Positions 60,621 to 64,000 of a DNA stretch of 64,000 nucleotides are shown here, one piece after another; within the stretch, counting starts at the first letter, position 1; every line of letters starts with the position of its first letter. This DNA comes from Gracilinanus agilis (lineage: Eukaryota), in contig NC_058132.1 in assembly GCF_016433145.1 (NCBI RefSeq), positions 582,907,771-582,971,770 on the forward strand, read 5' to 3'. The notes under the pieces were generated by a model. That model searched no databases. It saw only the letters and a program-made list of their open reading frames with translations, and was not told where the DNA came from. Made by a program: the position numbers and the translations under genes.

Positions 60621-62608
60621 TCTCACTTCTAAATAAGTATATTCCCTTTTTAAGATGAATTTTAACCCACTATTAACAAAGAACTATTTTCATTTATCCC
60701 TAAGCAATTGTGGAGAATAAAAGAGTTTACATTATTGGATAAATATATAGGTCTTGATCAGTGTGAATGATGAATTCCCATAAGTGATCACATGTATTCA
60801 AATTCACATTCTTCAAAGTTATCATTAATTATGCAAATTATGATCTGTGGTCAGCACATGTGGAAGCTAAGAGAGTCTGCTTGTAAGAATGCAGAATGAA
60901 GGACCCCGACCTTCATTCCATAACATGGGCAGATATTTTGTAACTATTTCCTGATTTCTTGCTGTGGTGATTAAAATAATTGACTGCTGAGCCAGAACCA
61001 AGTGTTCATGTAAAAAGCTTCATGAGCCCCAATCCTTTCCTCTCTCCATGACTGCTTTTGAGTAAAGAGAACGAAAAAAAAATCTATCCATCAGTGGTGG
61101 GGAGAAGGCAAGAATAGGTATTACTTAGTTTTTCTGTTGTTTTTGTTTGTTTGTTTTTATGAAGGATTGTGCAGATCTGTGTAATTTCTAAATTAGCATA
61201 AAACCATGGCTATTCAAGAAATCATATCACTTTCTTTCTAGCATGACTATGTAGCAAAACATCATTAGATAACTATCAATTTAGTGCAAATTAAAATGGG
61301 AGGGGAATTAAGCTTTTATATGAATTTAATTGGAGCTCATTCATCATTGAATATCAAATATATGGCACTGGTATATTATATATATTCTACATTTTGCCTA
61401 TATATTTGTGTGTTTGCACATATATATGTATATACATATTTCTTTGATCAATTTTGCATATTATTACCATGGAGACAAATGCAATGAAAAGTTCAACTAC
61501 TTATAATCTTAAATTCTTCTTTTTACTTTCTTTCATAACCAGAAATTACAGAGGAAGAATAAGGGCTTGGCTTTCTATCTTGCTGCTGGCTCTTGATTTT
61601 GGGGAAAAATGATCTTAAGATTTTTTTCATGTTGTTTCTTATTATTTTGAAGTAAAATGGAATTTGGAGGACTCAACCTTCCACATATATTCCTCTCCGA
61701 TGGGAACCTTTTCTAATTGTCATAATGCTAAAAGGCTCAGAGACTCATTATTTTAGCTGAGACAGGAGTTCTAAATTATGTTTGAAAGACTAGTTCTGTA
61801 GGACCAGAGATGTTTGGAGACTCAAATGAGATAATGATTAAAAAGCTTTTTGCAAACTCAGAGTGCTATATAAATATCAGTTATTATTAGTAATACTATT
61901 ATTAATCTACAATGTCCAGTTCTCCAATCTGGCAGTGAATTTCTAAGACTTTCTTACAATCAACTAACCAAAAAAATCAATTCCTGATTTGTAGCCATTG
62001 TTGATTTTAGAGATTTAAATGCTCTTACTGAAAATTTAACAATTGTCTAGCAAAAGGGGTTAGATTTAGCTCCAGTATATTCCTGAGTGGGATCCCATTG
62101 TATGTATTTAGTGCAACTTTTAGCCTTCCAGAGCTACTTTCACTACAAATTGCAGCTTCTGTCTGATTATCTCCAGTATCTTATCTGCAAGTATGTTATT
62201 TCCCTATCATGAATGTTTGCTTTTTTATCCCCTGTGCGTTCGCCTGACTGGTGTGTACTATTAGGACTTGTTAACAAGGTATATTTGAAACTATTATTTT
62301 CAAGAAAAAAGTGTGATAATGAAAGTTTTTAGGTATGTCTTAAGATGCACCATTCTCCTCAAAAATAATTGACTTTTGGTCACAACCCCTTTTGCTTCTT
62401 ACTGAACCAGTTCAAGTACTCCTTTTAGTTGAACTGATTTTGAGATATGAGAAATTCTAAGTAATGAATTCATTTCCTGAAATAGAAATTGCAGGAATTC
62501 TAGAGTAATTTTTAAGACTGTAAGTTCAGCCTTTGGAATATAGCAGCAGTAGAAAAAATGAGAAATCTTCACAGTTTTTTCAACATTAATTTTTATATTT
62601 GAAAGTAC

Positions 62609-62652
<44 letters not shown>
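62609..62652. repeat. (TA)n microsatellite
   Basis: Direct observation. Confidence 0.97.
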
Positions 62653-62962
62653 TTAGCTTTTTAAAAAATACAGATGTAGCAAGCAAAGTTACCTGAAAAG
62701 CAGAACAAATTTAGAAAAAAAAGGAGAGAAATTTCACAGTAGTAATGGCATCCAGATCAGAAAAGATTAGCTCTATGTGGAAGTGAAAAACTTTCTGGCT
62801 ATTTTAGAAATGTGGATTAAAAACTAAATGGTAACATATTTTGACATTCTTCTTTTTCATATATAATGCCTCAAATATTGGAGGATTGAATGTTATGTAT
62901 CCATTTTCAGCACTTTGAAAATCCTGAAATAATTTTACAACAATATCATTGTTATTGTTTAT

Positions 62963-63019
62963 NNNNNNNNNNNNNNNNNNNNNNNNNNNNNNNNNNNNNN
63001 NNNNNNNNNNNNNNNNNNN
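62963..63019. other. Assembly gap (57 N)
   Basis: Run of N. Confidence 1.
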
Positions 63020-63081
63020 AAGGGAAGGGAAGGGAAGGGGAAGGGAAAGGGAAAGGGAAAAGGAAAAGGAAAAGGAAAAGG
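63020..63081. repeat. Polypurine simple repeat (AAGGG/AAAGGG/AAAAGG)n
   Basis: Direct observation. It abuts the gap. Confidence 0.95.
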
Positions 63082-63199
63082 AACAAAAATTAATCAGAAA
63101 TTCTAACACTTAAAGGACCTTGGAACAAAAGAAATCTGCGAGATGATGGACTATAGTGTTTAAAATCCTGAGTCATCTCATCTCTATTTCCAAATCCAT

Positions 63200-63556
63200 G
63201 CCTTCTTACTAGCTGTTCTTTATTCTCAGAATCATGTTCTGCCTCTCCTTTACCATCTAGTTTCCCTGGGTTCTTTCACTACTCAGCTTACATTTTACTA
63301 TCTTTGGGAAGTTTTTTCCAGTTACCTCCCTCATTCTTCACTCTTGTACTTTGCCTCTGAGATGATCTCGCATTTAAGTTTTATATGTACATATTTATTT
63401 AAACAACTTTTATGTTGTTATGTTTTATATTAGAATGTGAGTTTCTTTATGTTAGGCATGCTGTTTTTTTTTTTTCTTTCTTTGTATTCACAGGGCAAAG
63501 CTCAGTATGTAGATCATACTAAACATTTATTACTTGCTGATTGACCAACTGACTAA
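63200..63556 (+). mobile_element. L2 3' end
   Basis: tattagaatgtgagtttcttt...ctttgtattcacagggcaaagctcagtatgtag...tgctgattgaccaactgacta. Confidence 0.65.
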
Positions 63557-63649
63557 AGTATTAGATAGGAGAGATAAGGCTAAATGCAGTCTATGTTTAA
63601 AAAGACTTGAGGTTTCAGCTGATTGGGAGCTCAATTAGTCAAAGAGCAG

Positions 63650-63790
63650 AGCGGAGAATAATGAAAAGTTTTCTGGACTTGGAGATAAAAGTCATAGGCT
63701 AGACTTCTCTGTACAGTGCACTAGTTATGTGATCATGGATAATTGACTTAAACCCTGAACTCTCTCCATCGCTAAAGTCATTAACATTAT
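63650..63790 (+). mobile_element. MIR-like fragment
   Basis: ctggacttggagataaaag...ctagttatgtgatcatggataattgacttaaaccctg. Confidence 0.45.
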
Positions 63791-64000
63791 ACCACATTTT
63801 AAAATGAACTAAGTTTGAAGAATAGTATTTAATTCAAAAGAATGAGAGTATAAATGTAAGTACTTTGCCATGTGGATACTTAAAACATTTTGGGCAGGGG
63901 GACCTTCACCAGTGTCTAAGAATGCTTCTATCTATTAATGTTAAAATCTCTATAAAATGGTTTTATCTTCACTTGCTTTTTATTAAAGTATTAGAAATTT

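Noticed and set aside
62408-62437. Inverted repeat CAGTTCAA...TTGAACTG containing TTCAAGTA (miR-26-like seed)
   Set aside because: The rest does not match miR-26 and the stem is only 8 bp.
1-64000. Prokaryotic-type systems (CRISPR arrays, operons, defence islands) or an intact novel multi-gene system
   Set aside because: The sequence is mammalian non-coding DNA. There are no regularly spaced repeat-spacer arrays and no long intact ORFs.

Overview
AT-rich, CpG-poor, repeat-dense marsupial DNA from a draft assembly with three N gaps. It is most likely Monodelphis or a close didelphid, judged from SINE1_Mdo-type SINEs and opossum-type L1 ends. I recognise no protein-coding gene, tRNA or intact ncRNA gene; ORFs in the track are either L1/ERV remnants or chance ORFs. 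The window looks intergenic or deep-intronic. It is a mosaic of L1, L2, CR1/L3, RTE, MIR/CORE-SINEs, young SINE1_Mdo-like copies, three solo LTRs, a degraded ERV integrase-env relic, hAT (Charlie-type) MITEs and a 7SL-derived retroposon. I found no convincing new multi-gene system. The most unusual signal is a cluster of non-canonical L1 structures: (1) a 5'-intact, 3'-truncated L1 with a 17-bp TSD and no poly(A) at 21764-22784; (2) an L1 5' terminus fused to ORF2 at an AG splice-acceptor-like site at 51749-53820; (3) a TSD-flanked internal ORF2 fragment at 29114-29742; (4) an ORF2 segment missing from one L1 but present inverted 1.6 kb away at 3898-5700. Family names come from recalled consensus similarity, not from a database search. 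Boundaries of old elements are approximate.
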